Shown in pieces: positions 1 to 25,579 of a DNA stretch of 25,579 nt (position 1 is the first letter of the stretch; every line of letters starts with the position of its first letter). The translations under genes and the position numbers were made by a program. The stretch spans positions 1 through 25,579 of the forward strand of contig JAQGDQ010001786.1 in the NCBI GenBank assembly GCA_030141605.1, written 5' to 3'. The notes under the pieces were generated by a model that was not told where the DNA came from, did no database searches, and saw nothing but the letters and a program-made list of their open reading frames with translations. This DNA comes from Tubiluchus corallicola (Eukaryota > Animalia > Priapulida).

Positions 1-186
1 AGAGCAGTAAAGGAGTAGAAAGAAAGGTTAATAGAGAATAGAAAGAAGGAGAAAGATGTGATGATATCTGTATGAAGTAATGTGAACTATAGAAATGTAA
101 AAATTGACATAGCCAGCAACGTGATGGATTCCGACAGGGACATTAGCTGAGAGCATGCAAATCCTCTAATTCTGCACTTTATCACA

Positions 187-705
187 TTCAAGAACAGTGG
201 CATTGATTGATTGATTGATTTCAAGAACAGTGGCATTGATTGATTGATTGATTTCAAGAACAGTGGCATTGATTGATTGATTGATTTCAAGAACAGTGGC
301 ATTGATTGAGAGATTGATTTCAAGAACAGTGGCATTGATTGATTGATTGATTTCAAGAACAGTGGCATTGATTGATTGATTGATTTCAAGAACAGTGGCA
401 TTGATTGATTGATTGATTTCAGGAACAGTGGCATTGATTGATTGATTGATTTCAAGAACAGTGGCATTGATTGATTGATTGATTTCAAGAACAGTGGCAT
501 TGATTGATTGATTGATTTCAAGAACAGTGGCATTGATTGATTGATTGATTTCAAGACCAGTGGAACAGTGGCATTGATTGAGAGATTGATTTCAAGAACA
601 GTGGCATTGATTGATTGATTGATTTCAAGAACAGTGGCATTGATTGATTGATTGATTTCAAGAACAGTGGCATTGATTGATTGATTGATTTCAAGAATAG
701 TGGCA
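187..705. repeat. 33-bp minisatellite (TTCAAGAACAGTGGCATTGATTGATTGATTGAT), about 15-16 copies
   Basis: Unit recurs at 187, 220 and onward with period 33 and an internal (GATT)n. It explains the spurious 11-aa-repeat ORF 87..554. Confidence 0.95.
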
Positions 706-935
706 GTTCGTAGTTAAAATTAGTTTGGGTACTGCTTCAGAAATTTTTACCCTTGTTTTGATACTGTGTAAAACGAAACAAACATATGAATTTTAATGTT
801 GTAATTGTAATTTTAGACAAACAGACATGCAAAAATTTATACATAAACTTGATAAAATCAAACAAAAAAATTTTTTGCTTACGAATATCCTAAATTGCCT
901 CAGTTGAAGAATATGCCGGTACACGGTTATTAAAC

Positions 936-1067
936 ACGTGACAACTGACAACAAACTGTGTGAGTGACAGTACTTTCTCCACCTGGCATCAGACACTAGC
1001 AACGTGACAACTGACAACAAACTGTGTGAGTGACAGGACTTTCTCCACCTGGCAGCAGACACTAGCA
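936..1067. repeat. 66-bp tandem duplication (2 copies)
   Basis: ACGTGACAACTGACAACAAACTGTG...CAGACACTAGCA at 936-1001 and 1002-1067, with 2 mismatches. Confidence 0.9.
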
Positions 1068-1398
1068 GTATCCAGTGTGTTATCTTAAACGTGCTCATGG
1101 CCGCATGCACACAACAGCCAAACACACCACTGTACTGGGCTGTGAAGCAAATTGTACTACCCTCACGTGCTTTGCTTCCGTACAAGTATAAAGAAAGAAC
1201 TAAAGAAATAAGATTTATTATATTGAATATTATCGATAATATCGAGTGAAAATAGTGGGTGCTGCAGTTCCACAGTACCTGTAAACGAGCCGCCACTATA
1301 ACTTGTGACACCTGCGTGAGAACAACCAAATCAGTAGGTATCTTTTAAAGAAAGAATGATTTTTTACACACTGCTATACTTGTCTTACTCCATTTTAG

Positions 1399-24883
<23,485 letters not shown>

Positions 24884-25579
24884 GTATGTATTGTTGTGTT
24901 CCAGACATTTGCATCTGGTTTCTGTCTTACTTTAATTATTTAAGTGTGGCTGTATTTAACTGCTGTAGTATGAAGCAGTGAGTCAAGTTCGTATAATTTT
25001 ATATATTGACATATTAAATGCTGTTATGTTAACATTGTGCAATTCGTAAAGTGAACTTTGTGTCCCTGATCGTTGAGGCTATGTGAGTGAAATGGATACA
25101 AAACACCAGTTTAACGTGTTGACCAAAAGTTTCTTTATTCTGAAACACAATTATTAACATTTAGTTTAACTTGCATTGAATAGAAGAAAATTAGTTGCAT
25201 GATTAAATGTATTGCTATAACTAAGTACAAATATAAAAATTACATAAATTATATTGAAATTAATTAACAATAACTTATGTTGTTAGAGCCTTTAACACTT
25301 ACAAAGACAGGAATGAGAACTCCAAGTAACCTTAAGAACAACAATGTCACAACAATAAATTCGTAAGAAATTTACAGTCATAATGCTCATCACAGACAGA
25401 AAAATAGAGCAATGGCGGAGAGAACCAAAAGACGGGTAAAATGTCATGCAACTACTATAGCTATAGCTCACGAAAGGCTAAAATGCTAATGTATTCAAGG
25501 ATATTAGGTGCTTCAATTTTAAAAGAGTGAAAGGTAAAAAGCCTACTAATTAAACAAACACTTATCTATATTAATATTT

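Noticed and set aside
87-554. 155-aa ORF with 11-aa repeats
   Set aside because: Translation of a 33-bp minisatellite; units are nearly identical at DNA level with no synonymous bias.
793-1329. 178-aa minus-strand ORF
   Set aside because: No recognisable domain, antisense and intronic, and it includes a 66-bp duplication.

Overview
AT-rich animal (invertebrate-like) genomic DNA, not prokaryotic. The window lies inside one + strand spliced gene. I can thread 11 phase-compatible GT-AG exons (1399-24883, 1668 nt, about 556 aa; start and stop lie outside the window). They encode an extracellular-type EGF-like + DOMON + DOMON protein, recalling fly Nahoda-type proteins. The first DOMON domain is split by a ~185-aa His/acidic/Pro-rich insertion, which includes a (HD)n-RRRKR exon that the ORF track misses. 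The introns are packed with repeats. A full-length two-ORF CR1/L2-group LINE sits head-to-tail behind a 5'-truncated sister copy, both embedded in a (CT)n tract. Two copies of a short non-autonomous RTE derivative are present, and one begins exactly at the predicted cleavage site of a twister ribozyme. There are also a tRNA-derived SINE, Kolobok-, Tigger/pogo- and Harbinger-like MITEs (one carrying three RFX X-boxes), an RT fragment amplified into a 113-bp tandem array, and many mini- and microsatellites. All calls were made by eye, without database searches.
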